64,000 nt of DNA from an uncultured delta proteobacterium (GTDB taxonomy: Bacteria; Desulfobacterota; Binatia; Binatales; Binataceae): positions 1,179,175 to 1,243,174 of the forward strand of contig CAVRVY010000004.1 in NCBI GenBank assembly GCA_963724765.1, in the 5' to 3' direction. The position numbers were made by a program, and so were the translations under genes. Each line of letters begins with the position of its first letter. Within the stretch, counting starts at the first letter, position 1. Shown piece after piece: positions 37,095 through 46,345 of the stretch. The notes below the pieces were generated by a model, which made no database searches, had not been told where the DNA came from, and saw only the letters and a list, made by a program, of their open reading frames with translations.

Positions 37095-38486
37095 TTGGTT
37101 GTGGCGGCGGCATCCACGGACGACATTCTAAGGCGCGTTCCTCCACAGAATCTCGAGGCCGAGCAATCGGTCCTTGGCGCCATCCTGCTCGAGAACGAAG
37201 CCATCAATCAGGCGCTCGAAGTCCTCAATCCCGACGACTTCTACCGCGAATCGCATCGCGAGATCTTTCGCGTGATGACTGAGCTGTCGGACCGCAGCCA
37301 GCCGGTCGACGCGATCACCATGACCGACGCGCTGCGCACGCGCGGCAAGCTCGAGGCGATCGGCGGCCCGGCCTACATCGGCGAACTCGCCGCCTGCGTC
37401 CCAACCGCTTCCAACGTCGCCCACTACGCGCGTATCGTGCGCGAGAAGGCGGTGCTGCGCGCGCTCGCCTCGACCGCCACCGAAATCGCCTCCTCCGCCT
37501 ACGACACGCCCGCGCGCGTCGACGAGTTCCTCGACGAGGCCGAGCACAAGATTTTCGAAATCTCCGAGCGCCGCATCCGCGCCTCGTTCCACACGATGCA
37601 CGAGCTGACGCGCGAGTCGCTCAAGATCATCGAGCGGCTCTACGAGCGCAAGGAGATGGTGACCGGAGTGCCGACCGGCTTCACCGACCTCGACCGCATC
37701 ACCGCGGGCCTGCAACCAGCCGATCTGATCGTGATTGCCGCACGTCCCTCGATGGGGAAGACGGCGCTCGCGCTCAACATCGCGGCGTACGCGGCGACCG
37801 AAGCCGAGCCGCGCCGGGGCGTGGCCTTCTTCTCGCTGGAAATGTCCAAGGAGCAGCTGGTGCTGCGGCTGTTGTGCTCGGAGGCGCGCGTCGACAGCTC
37901 GAAGGCGCGCGCGGGATACCTCGGCGAGCGCGATTTTCCCAAGCTCGCGGTGGCGGCGGCGCGCCTGGCCGAGGCGCCGATCTTCATCGACGACAGCTCG
38001 GACACCTCGGCGATCGTGTTGAAGGCGAAATGCCGTCGCCTGGCGCGCGATTCCAGCGCCAACCTGGGGCTGATCATCGTCGACTACCTGCAACTGATGC
38101 GCGCGGCGCGGCCGGGCGAGTCGCGTGAAAAGGAGATTGCCGAAATCTCGCGCTCACTCAAGTCACTGGCCAAGGAACTCCGCGTCCCGGTGATCGCGCT
38201 TTCGCAGCTCAACCGCCAGGTCGAGACGCGCCCCGACCGGCGCCCGCTGCTCGCCGATCTGCGCGAGTCGGGCGCAATCGAGCAGGACGCCGACGTAATC
38301 GCGTTTATCTATCGCGACGAGATGTACCATCGCGACAGCAAGGAGCCGGGCGTAGCCGAGGTGATCGTCGCCAAGCAGCGCAACGGACCCACCGACACCG
38401 CCAAGCTGACTTACATCAGCCAGTTCACCCGCTTCGAGAATTACGCTCCCGAGGCCGGTTACTTCGAGGGCGCCGAAGAGCGTTAG
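37095..38486 (+). CDS. dnaB: replicative DNA helicase DnaB
   Basis: PPQNLEAEQSVLGAILL N-terminal signature, Walker A ARPSMGKTALAL, ..IVDYLQLM.., ..ALSQLNRQVE.., ..SGAIEQDADV... Confidence 0.95.
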   Translation: MVVAAASTDDILRRVPPQNLEAEQSVLGAILLENEAINQALEVLNPDDFYRESHREIFRVMTELSDRSQPVDAITMTDALRTRGKLEAIGGPAYIGELAACVPTASNVAHYARIVREKAVLRALASTATEIASSAYDTPARVDEFLDEAEHKIFEISERRIRASFHTMHELTRESLKIIERLYERKEMVTGVPTGFTDLDRITAGLQPADLIVIAARPSMGKTALALNIAAYAATEAEPRRGVAFFSLEMSKEQLVLRLLCSEARVDSSKARAGYLGERDFPKLAVAAARLAEAPIFIDDSSDTSAIVLKAKCRRLARDSSANLGLIIVDYLQLMRAARPGESREKEIAEISRSLKSLAKELRVPVIALSQLNRQVETRPDRRPLLADLRESGAIEQDADVIAFIYRDEMYHRDSKEPGVAEVIVAKQRNGPTDTAKLTYISQFTRFENYAPEAGYFEGAEER

Positions 38487-38850
38487 CGGCGCATCGTCCG
38501 CGCGTAATTGATCCCATTTCGCTCATTTCAGATCGATCCCACTATAAATTTTCGTCGATTTTTCGCACAGATTCTGATCGGAGCCCAGAATCACCTCTGA
38601 AATGGAGCGCGAATGCGTCAGAACAATAGGTCCCTCTATTCGCCCAACTCGGGAATCCGAGCGAGGAGCGAACAATCTTGGCATCGATAAGCATACCCGG
38701 GGCAGGACCAAGCGACTTTAGCCCAATATATCTTTAGCATCGGAGGAGAGTTCGCTGGCGAGTTCTGCCTATATTCAGGCTAAATCGACTTCACTCTCGC
38801 TGCGATTATTAATATAACAACTCCGGAGCTACATTCTGTAGAAGGTTTTT

Positions 38851-39138
38851 GTGAGTCGCCACGTCAGCGCGATTTTGTACTTGCCATTGTCTCAGGAAGA
38901 GTGGCGGAGCGCCGTACGGTCATTCGTTGGTGCCGAGAAACGGAACACCTTCGCAGTCGAAGTCAGTCTAGCGACACCTGGCGGTAGCACTATCGCGCTC
39001 GATTCGTGGATGAGTGGTGCGCGTACTGCCACGGATCTAGCGGAAGGAATAACAGACTGGATTGAGTTGCGATGTGAAAGTGGTAGCGCAGGAGACCTTG
39101 AAGCGAAGATTTCAGTGTGGACGGACACTTCCAGATGA
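38851..39138 (+). CDS. orphan hypothetical protein in a low-GC gap
   Basis: 95-codon ORF. GTG start with GAAGG about 8 nt upstream. No recognisable motif. Coding status uncertain. Confidence 0.25.
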   Translation: MSRHVSAILYLPLSQEEWRSAVRSFVGAEKRNTFAVEVSLATPGGSTIALDSWMSGARTATDLAEGITDWIELRCESGSAGDLEAKISVWTDTSR

Positions 39139-39573
39139 ACCGCTTCTTCTTGGTCCTGTCGGGCACGAAGCGATTAGGCTCTCGCGCTGCTAAACCTTGG
39201 CCCGATGAGCGTGCCAGGGTTCTCCCTCGACGTGGTTAAACCGCTGTAGAGACTCGCCTCCATTTCACCATTGTAGCTCTTATCGGTAAGGTCATTTTGA
39301 GTTGCGCGAAGCACCATCGCGCCTTACCCGACCTGTGTCTCGCCGGAGTCATGGTTCGCGATGGCAACGCCTGGCGGCTTCAGGTGTGAGCGGGTGCCAC
39401 GCCAGCGCGTGCCCGCGCTGCCAAAAAAATTGCCTCAAGTCTGTATCGATGGACTAGTGAAAGTGAAAATCGGGCTTCGGCCTGAGCAAGAGAGAAATCG
39501 GTAGCGAAGACAGTTAAACGGTTCTGAGTTTTGATTAAGCTGTCGATAGATTCAGTTCCGTCAGAGGAGATCC

Positions 39574-40758
39574 ATGCCTGACTCGGATGAAAGCGCATCC
39601 CGAACGCTCGATGCCGCGCGCGAGCTTGGTCCCAAAATCCGTGCAGCGGCGGACGAAATCGAACAAGGACGGCGGTTGCCGATGCACCTGGTGCGTGAGA
39701 TGCAACGGGCAGGCGTGTTTCGAATGGCGATGCCTCGGGCGTGGGGTGGGCCGGAGTTGGACTTTCTTACGCAGGTGCGCGTGATTGAGGCGCTGTCGAT
39801 CGCCGACGCGTCCGCTGGCTGGTGCACCATGATCGGCATCGACGGCGGTTACATGACCGCCTTCATCGATCAGACCGTTGCCCGCGAAATGTATTCTAAC
39901 CTCGATTCGGTGACGGCAGTTACGTTTGCCCCGCCCGGCAAGGCGGTGAAAACGAAGGACGGATTCGTCGTTAGCGGTAGATGGCCGTTCGGTAGCGGCT
40001 GTCAGCACGCGACCTGGCTGATCGGCCATTTCCTGGTCTTTGACGGCGATTCTCCGCGCCTCCAGCCCAACGGCCTTCCGGAAACCCGCTTCGGCTTTCT
40101 GCCGTCCGAGGAAGGCGAGATCCTCGATACATGGAACACCAATGGCTTGCGCGGAAGCGGCAGTCACGACTGGGCGGTCAAGGATCGTTTTATCCCGGAG
40201 GAACGGACTTTCAATTTGGCGGCACCGACCCTGTATCGGCACGGGCCGCTCTACGCGCTCCCAAATCTGTTGCTGTACAAGACGTGCGCGGTCGCTTTGG
40301 GAATTGCCCGCGGAGCGATCGACGACTTCGTCGCATTAGCTTCAAACAAGCCGGCAACTTTCAAATCTCCGTCGGCAAACAAGGCAATGCTGCGCGATGA
40401 AACCTACGTCCAGTGCGCGGTCGCGCAGGCCGAAGCGTCGGTAAGCTCCGCACGCGGCTTTGTCTTTGAAGCGTTCGGCGACATGTGGAACACGCTGGTG
40501 ACCGGCGATCTCCCTTCGCTCAAGCAGCGGGCCCGCGGCAGGCTCGCGATGGTTCATGCGAGCGCCGCATGCCTTCAGGCGGTTGAACTCCTCTACAAAG
40601 CCAACGGGGGAGCATCCGTTTATAGCGGCAACCTCTTCGATCGCCGCCTGCGTGATATGCAGACCGCCAACCAGCATACTGTCGTGTCGCTCAAGACCTG
40701 GGAAGTGACCGGCCGCGTGCTGCTCGGGCTGGAGCATAACTACGGCTTGTTGTTCTGA
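39574..40758 (+). CDS. acyl-CoA-dehydrogenase-fold flavin-dependent monooxygenase (HsaA/HpaB-C2/DszC-like)
   Basis: 394 aa. GAGGAG before the ATG. ..GVFRMAMPRAWGG.., ..VSGRWPFGSGCQHATW.., ..NGLRGSGSHDW.. resemble group D flavin monooxygenases such as HsaA. Confidence 0.7.
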   Translation: MPDSDESASRTLDAARELGPKIRAAADEIEQGRRLPMHLVREMQRAGVFRMAMPRAWGGPELDFLTQVRVIEALSIADASAGWCTMIGIDGGYMTAFIDQTVAREMYSNLDSVTAVTFAPPGKAVKTKDGFVVSGRWPFGSGCQHATWLIGHFLVFDGDSPRLQPNGLPETRFGFLPSEEGEILDTWNTNGLRGSGSHDWAVKDRFIPEERTFNLAAPTLYRHGPLYALPNLLLYKTCAVALGIARGAIDDFVALASNKPATFKSPSANKAMLRDETYVQCAVAQAEASVSSARGFVFEAFGDMWNTLVTGDLPSLKQRARGRLAMVHASAACLQAVELLYKANGGASVYSGNLFDRRLRDMQTANQHTVVSLKTWEVTGRVLLGLEHNYGLLF

Positions 40759-40855
40759 TCCGGCTTGAACCTATTCGCGGCGGGTGACTTCTGCGCGAAT
40801 TTTCGCTATTGCCGTCGCTTAGCGTGAGATCGCAAGCCCGAGGAGCAGACTCCTG

Positions 40856-41218
40856 ATGGCCGACATAGACGGCGCCCCAGCCGACCGCGACCAGATTGCC
40901 TTTGCCAGGTGGGACAGGCGGATGCGCGAATCGATCCGGCCGCTGCTCACCAAAAAAATTATCGCCGAGCACAAGCGCGACCCGGTAGGCATTCACAGCG
41001 ACGCGCTTGACCGCGTACTCACCTACTTCCGCCGTCCCAATCTGCTGGGCCGTTACGTAATCGTCTGCACGCGGCCGTTCAAACAATGGCGCGTCGCGCG
41101 GATAACCGGCGCTCGCGGACAGGCGCCGGAGTTCATTGACGACCGCACCTACAACTCGGAAGCCAAAGCGGCGCATGCCGTGTTCCTGATGCGCGTCGAA
41201 CAGACGATGCGCGACTAG
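40856..41218 (+). CDS. small protein resembling the N,N-dimethylformamidase small (alpha) subunit
   Basis: 120 aa, 40 nt upstream of the large-subunit homolog. The C-terminal ..EAKAAHAVFLMRVE.. resembles what I recall of DmfA1. Call rests on memory and on synteny. Confidence 0.45.
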   Translation: MADIDGAPADRDQIAFARWDRRMRESIRPLLTKKIIAEHKRDPVGIHSDALDRVLTYFRRPNLLGRYVIVCTRPFKQWRVARITGARGQAPEFIDDRTYNSEAKAAHAVFLMRVEQTMRD

Positions 41219-41258
41219 CAACCCTTCCGCAACCGCGGCCCGCACGGAGATCACCGCG

Positions 41259-43541
41259 ATGGCAAAGAGCTATATCCACGGATACAGCGACCAGATTAGC
41301 GTCAAGCCCGGCGAACGCATCCGCTTCATGGTGAGCGTCGAGGGCGCCACGCGCTATCGCGCCGAGATCGTCCGTCTGATCAACGGCGACGCCAATCCCG
41401 CCGGGCCCGGCCCCAAGGAGGAAACGATCGCGTCGCCGGTCAACGGCGAATATCCCGGACGGCTGCAGCCGACTTATGCCGGCTCGCATATCGTGGTGGA
41501 CGATCCGAACGGGCTCCTGAATATCGGACAGTCGATCACGGTTCACGCGTTCATCATGCCGACGACGCCGGCCAAGGGTGTCCAGGGAATCATCACACAC
41601 TGCGATCCGGAGCGGCGGATGGGCTGGGCGCTGGTGATCGACGAGCACGAGCGGCTCGCGTTGTGGCTGGGAGATGGCGCGGGGAATCTGGTGCAAGCCG
41701 CCGCCCCGGAGCCTTTGCGCGCCGGCGTGTGGTATTCGGCTGGCGCGAGCTTCGACGGCGCCACCGGGCGCGCGATCGTGCATCTGGGGCCGGTCCTCAA
41801 CGCGGTCAATTCGCTGGTTGGGCGGGTCGCGATGCTGCCGCCCGCGGTCATGCACGCGATCACCGCCGAGCCGGTCAATTTCCATTCGCAATCGCCGGCC
41901 GTGATCGCGGGATGGGCCGCCGGGACGACGGCTTCAGGAGCCATCATCGCCGGCGGCCACTACAACGGCAAGATCGATCGTCCGCGCGTCTATGGCCATG
42001 CGCTCGGCGGGGCGCAACTGGACGAACTCGCCTCAGGCCGCGAGCCGGACAGCCGCGGACTGGTTGCACGATGGGACTTCGCTGATGGTATCGGTCCCGG
42101 CGGCATCGCGACCGACCGCGTCACCGACGCCTCCGGCAACGATCTGCACGGACGCTGCGTCAACGCGCCGGCGCGCGCGATGACCGGCCATAACTGGAGC
42201 GGCCGCGAGGAACATTTCATCCACGCCCCCGCCGAGTATGGCGCAATTCATTTCCACGACGACGACCTCGAGGACGCCGGCTGGGAAATGGACTTCGAGC
42301 TGACGGTTCCTGATACGATGCGCTCCGACGTTTACGCGGCGCGGGTCAGCGTCGGCGACGCGCTCGATTACATCCCGTTCATCGTACGCGCGCCGGCCGG
42401 CGGTCCTACCGCGAAGATCGCGTTCCTGGTCCCAACCGCCTCCTATCTGGCCTACTCCAACGAGCATCTGAGCTTCGGCCAGGGCACGCAAGCGATCGTC
42501 GGCCACACCACGCTGCTGGGGTCCGAGGACATCTACTTGTACGAACATCCGGAATTAGGGCTCTCCACTTACGACCATCATTCCGATGGCAGCGGCGTAT
42601 GCTACGTGTCGCGGCTGCGTCCGATTCTCAACATGCGCCCGCATCATCGGTTCGGCGGAACGCTGTGGGGCCTCGCGGCCGATCTTCACCTGGTCGACTG
42701 GCTAAACGCCAAGGGCTTCCGTTACGACGTCATTACCGACGAGGACCTGCATCGCGAGGGCGCCGCGCTGCTCCGCGATTACAACGTCGTGCTTACCGGA
42801 TCGCATCCCGAGTACTACTCATCCGCGATGCTCGACGCGATGGAGACCTATCTCACCTCGGGCGGGCGGCTGATGTATCTCGGCGGCAACGGTTTCTATT
42901 GGGTAACGTCGTATCATCCCGACAAGCCGTACCTGGTCGAAGTGCGCAAGGCCGAGGGCGGATCGCGCGCATGGCAGGCGCGGCCCGGTGAGTACTTCCA
43001 CAGCACCACCGGCGAGCGCGGCGGAGTGTGGCGCAACCGCGCCCGCGCGCCGCAAAAGCTGGTGGGCGTCGGTTTCGCGGCGCAGGGTTTCGATCGCTCG
43101 TCGTATTTCCGCCGCATGCCGGACAGCCTGGATGCAAACGCGAGCTTCATTTTCGCCGGAGTCGGCGAAGACGAGCTGCTAGGCAACTTCGGGCTGGTTG
43201 GCGGCGGCGCCGCGGGACACGAACTCGATCGCTACGACCTGACGCTCGGCACGCCGCCCAACGCGATGCTGGTCGCGACCTCGGAAGGGCACAGCGACAA
43301 CTATCTGCGCGTGGTCGAGGAGGTTTTTTTCAACTATCCGGGATCGGGCGGCAGACAGGATCCCGGCGTGCGCGGCGATATCGTGTACCTCCCCACGGCG
43401 GGCGGCGGCGCGGTCTTTTCGGCCAGCTCGATCGCCTGGTGCGGAAGTCTCTCGCACAACAACTACGAGAACAACATCTCGCGCATCACGGCCAACGTGC
43501 TCGAGCGCTTCGCGAGCGCCGAGCGTTTGCCCGGCGCGTGA
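41259..43541 (+). CDS. N,N-dimethylformamidase large (beta) subunit family protein
   Basis: 760 aa. N-terminus IHGYSDQISVKPGERIRFMVSVEGATRYRAEIVRLINGDANPAGPGPKEE is typical of proteins annotated as this family. Size matches the ~85 kDa large subunit. Confidence 0.65.
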   Translation: MAKSYIHGYSDQISVKPGERIRFMVSVEGATRYRAEIVRLINGDANPAGPGPKEETIASPVNGEYPGRLQPTYAGSHIVVDDPNGLLNIGQSITVHAFIMPTTPAKGVQGIITHCDPERRMGWALVIDEHERLALWLGDGAGNLVQAAAPEPLRAGVWYSAGASFDGATGRAIVHLGPVLNAVNSLVGRVAMLPPAVMHAITAEPVNFHSQSPAVIAGWAAGTTASGAIIAGGHYNGKIDRPRVYGHALGGAQLDELASGREPDSRGLVARWDFADGIGPGGIATDRVTDASGNDLHGRCVNAPARAMTGHNWSGREEHFIHAPAEYGAIHFHDDDLEDAGWEMDFELTVPDTMRSDVYAARVSVGDALDYIPFIVRAPAGGPTAKIAFLVPTASYLAYSNEHLSFGQGTQAIVGHTTLLGSEDIYLYEHPELGLSTYDHHSDGSGVCYVSRLRPILNMRPHHRFGGTLWGLAADLHLVDWLNAKGFRYDVITDEDLHREGAALLRDYNVVLTGSHPEYYSSAMLDAMETYLTSGGRLMYLGGNGFYWVTSYHPDKPYLVEVRKAEGGSRAWQARPGEYFHSTTGERGGVWRNRARAPQKLVGVGFAAQGFDRSSYFRRMPDSLDANASFIFAGVGEDELLGNFGLVGGGAAGHELDRYDLTLGTPPNAMLVATSEGHSDNYLRVVEEVFFNYPGSGGRQDPGVRGDIVYLPTAGGGAVFSASSIAWCGSLSHNNYENNISRITANVLERFASAERLPGA

Positions 43542-43562
43542 CGCGCCCCACGCACGGGCGCG

Positions 43563-44873
43563 CTAAGTGCGCGAGGCGAAACAGTCGAGACCGCCGGTGA
43601 ACTCGGCCATCCGGAACACGTCGGGCAGTATCTTCTCGAGGAACTCGCGGTCGAAATCGATCCCGTTGGCGCGCAGGTAGGGTTCGGCTTCGTCGACGAT
43701 CATCTTCCAGTCATCGAGCAGCCGCAGCCGCTTGAAGACGTCATTGTGCGGCGCCGCGCCAAGCGCCTCAACCAGCAGATCGGTGTAGTTGAGCACGCGG
43801 AAACCGCCCTCGCCCTCGGCGCGCACGAATGAGGCGTGGCAGTTGTGGTAAAAAGTGACGAGCACGTCGGCGCCCGTCTCACGCACGCGATCGATCAACT
43901 GCGCGTGCTCTTTCTTCATCATCTCCGGCGCGCGCGCGCATCCCGAACCGCCGCAGGTGTAACCCGACTCGAGCACCGTGTCGACCAACTCGAGCTCCGG
44001 AATCGCCGCCAGCACGCGCGCCACGTTCGCTCCCAAATCGGCCAGGCCGACGTGCACGTGCAAAACCGCCTTGAGCGGCAGTGGCCGAACGAACTTGCCG
44101 CGCAACTCGTCGAGATGGTCGGAGAGGTAGGTGGTGAAATGGCCAAACTCGAAACTGGTCGATTGAAACCCGGCCAGCGTCTCGCCGATATGCAGGTTGC
44201 ACGACGGACACCAGCTCAGCACCTTCTCGGGGCTCAGCCCCTCAAAGCGCGTGAGTGTCGCGTTGATCATCCGCTCGCCCTTGCCCAGTTCGCCTTCCCA
44301 TTTCGACTGCACGATTCCGCAGCACGAACCCGGCCCGCCGACAACCTCGTAGTCGGCGCCCAACGCATCGAGCACGTACATCGCATTGAAAAGAAGATGA
44401 GGTGTGCGAAGCGCGTTGCATCCGAGGTAGAAGACAATCTCCGCCTGCCTGCGGCGCGGCGGATTGAGTACGCGCGCGAACTCGGCCGGCAGCAACTGCA
44501 TCCCGGCCATCAGCCGGATGGCGCGCGACATCTTGCGGAAGAGTTGCGGCGTCTGGGTGCGCTCGCCCGAATGCATCGTGTTGGCCAGCACCAGCATCTT
44601 GCGCGGGTTGACGCCCTCGGGACAGGCAGGAATGCATTCACCGCATCCGTTACAGGCGTGCGCGAAGGTCGCCGAGGCGCCGGCAAGCGGCGCGCGATGG
44701 GCGAGGAAATCGACCACGCCGTGCGCGACCGCCTTGGGATCGGCATCCTTAAGACCGGCGTAGGAAACGACCGGGCACACTTCGACGCACTTGCCGCATG
44801 CGGTACAGGCACCGAGCACTTTGGCGATTTCAGAATCGAAGTAGCTCGCCAGTGCTTGCCCCTGAGTGGCCAT
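43563..44873 (-). CDS. (Fe-S)-binding protein with two ferredoxin-type 4Fe-4S motifs and cysteine-rich CCG domains (GlpC/HdrD/LutA-like)
   Basis: ORF 43563..45053; start taken at MATQGQ (44873). CTACGKCVEVCP and CNGCGECIPACP, then CCG-type Cys clusters (..GPGSCCGIV.., ..SWCPSCN..). Confidence 0.8.
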   Translation of the reverse strand: MATQGQALASYFDSEIAKVLGACTACGKCVEVCPVVSYAGLKDADPKAVAHGVVDFLAHRAPLAGASATFAHACNGCGECIPACPEGVNPRKMLVLANTMHSGERTQTPQLFRKMSRAIRLMAGMQLLPAEFARVLNPPRRRQAEIVFYLGCNALRTPHLLFNAMYVLDALGADYEVVGGPGSCCGIVQSKWEGELGKGERMINATLTRFEGLSPEKVLSWCPSCNLHIGETLAGFQSTSFEFGHFTTYLSDHLDELRGKFVRPLPLKAVLHVHVGLADLGANVARVLAAIPELELVDTVLESGYTCGGSGCARAPEMMKKEHAQLIDRVRETGADVLVTFYHNCHASFVRAEGEGGFRVLNYTDLLVEALGAAPHNDVFKRLRLLDDWKMIVDEAEPYLRANGIDFDREFLEKILPDVFRMAEFTGGLDCFASRT

Positions 44874-45181
44874 CGAGGACCCCTTTGCCAATTCACCGGC
44901 AGTCGGCAAAGGTGCGCCGGCTTCGCAGCCACCCATCCGCCTTACGCCAGCGTGACGCGTATACCGTGAAGCTATTACGGTACGCGATGGCCCGTCAATT
45001 CGCGTGCCAAACGCTGTGCAAAACCGGACCTGCGACTCGTAAGCGCGACTCATGCACCTATTCTTCGATCAAAAAGGCTTTAAAACATTGAGCTTTTCGA
45101 ACCGGATGGTGCTACGCGGTCAACCCATATAAGATGATGTTCGATCGAAAGTCTTACATCTAAAGAGGGCTGTCGAAACGA

Positions 45182-45436
45182 ATGCCTAGAGTCTATTTCG
45201 ATAATCTGGCGAATGCGGTCACGCGCGACGACGTCGAGGAGTATTTTTCCCGCGCCGGCAAGGTCCGCGGCGTACTGGTGGTTACCGACAAGGCGTCGGG
45301 AAAATCACGCGGCTTTGGTTGCGTTGATATGGAAAAGCTCGACGACGCGCTCCACGCGATCAAATGGCTCAACCACGCCGACCTCAAAGGCAAGCGGATT
45401 CGAATTCATCCCGGGCCGTTACGGGAGCAGAACTAA
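45182..45436 (+). CDS. RNA-binding protein with a single RRM domain
   Basis: 84 aa. RNP-2-like VYFDNL and RNP-1-like SRGFGCVDM octamer. Confidence 0.75.
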   Translation: MPRVYFDNLANAVTRDDVEEYFSRAGKVRGVLVVTDKASGKSRGFGCVDMEKLDDALHAIKWLNHADLKGKRIRIHPGPLREQN

Positions 45437-45492
45437 TCACCAATTGGCCGAGACCAGGCTGAGGCGATTCGAGCAAGCAACATTGGAGGACA

Positions 45493-45774
45493 ATGCAGAC
45501 ACAAAAAGGTAGAAACCCCTGGGACAGTCACGACTGGAAAGTAAAGACTCTGGAATCGCTGACACCGGGCGGTGGATCGCGGTTGGGATTTACCTGCAGG
45601 AGTTGCGGACGGAAGTTCGGCCACATGACCATCAACCATCGTACGTGGGCGGTGAACGACGAGGGGCTGAGCCTCTCCGATGAAATTACTTCACGATGGA
45701 TGGTGCAGTGGTGTCTCGGTCACTCGATCGAAACTGACGACGAAGATCGTAAGAGCGTGAAGCACCCCCACTAG
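45493..45774 (+). CDS. hypothetical small protein
   Basis: 93 aa. CRSCGRKF pair plus a later C..H. No family recognised. Lies in a lower-GC patch. Confidence 0.35.
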   Translation: MQTQKGRNPWDSHDWKVKTLESLTPGGGSRLGFTCRSCGRKFGHMTINHRTWAVNDEGLSLSDEITSRWMVQWCLGHSIETDDEDRKSVKHPH

Positions 45775-45786
45775 CACCATCGGACG

Positions 45787-46317
45787 CTATTTTCTTGCGG
45801 AAGGCGGAACTGTTATCTCCAGTTCGCGCTCCAGCATCCGTCGGAATAGCTCGCGCAGCATCGCTGAGATCTCGATCCGTACAGTGCTCGCTGGCCGCTC
45901 AACGCTTTGCGGCGTTGACGGCCCGTGCAGGGCGTCCTGCAATCCGACCAACAGCCCCTGCAGTTCGACGTTGCGCGCTCCGAGCGCGGAGGGCGACGGA
46001 TATTCCATGTCCAGCTCGCCAGGCCGGTCGAGCGTCGCCAGCAGCCGCTGCCGCAGCAGTTCGAGCTCGGCGCCGCTTCCATTTACTTCCGCACGATCGA
46101 GCCTCGCTGAGACCTGCCGCAGAGTTTCCTCGATATCCCTGTTGTCTGCGTATAGATACGGTCCGATCTTGTCCCACACCTGTGAGACACGACGGATGAT
46201 GCTGATGGCGGCCTGGACTTGTCGCCGAGTCGGCCCCGCCGGTATTTCCGGGAGCACCGATTCGCGCAGGCTCGCGGCCACTCCGTTCAGCAAATCGCCG
46301 ATGGTTGGTTTGGTCAC
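45787..46317 (-). CDS. hypothetical protein, last gene of a three-gene minus-strand unit
   Basis: 176 aa, helical-looking, no motif recognised. Follows the phosphotransferase gene by 28 nt. Confidence 0.5.
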   Translation of the reverse strand: MTKPTIGDLLNGVAASLRESVLPEIPAGPTRRQVQAAISIIRRVSQVWDKIGPYLYADNRDIEETLRQVSARLDRAEVNGSGAELELLRQRLLATLDRPGELDMEYPSPSALGARNVELQGLLVGLQDALHGPSTPQSVERPASTVRIEISAMLRELFRRMLERELEITVPPSARK

Positions 46318-46345
46318 AACTGATCTCCGGCTAATCTTCCGTTCC

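Noticed and set aside
39393-39430. GC-rich hairpin followed by AAAAAAA, considered as a terminator
   Set aside because: The A-run follows the stem on the plus strand, so on the minus strand the T-run precedes it. Neither strand has the stem-then-U-tract order of an intrinsic terminator.
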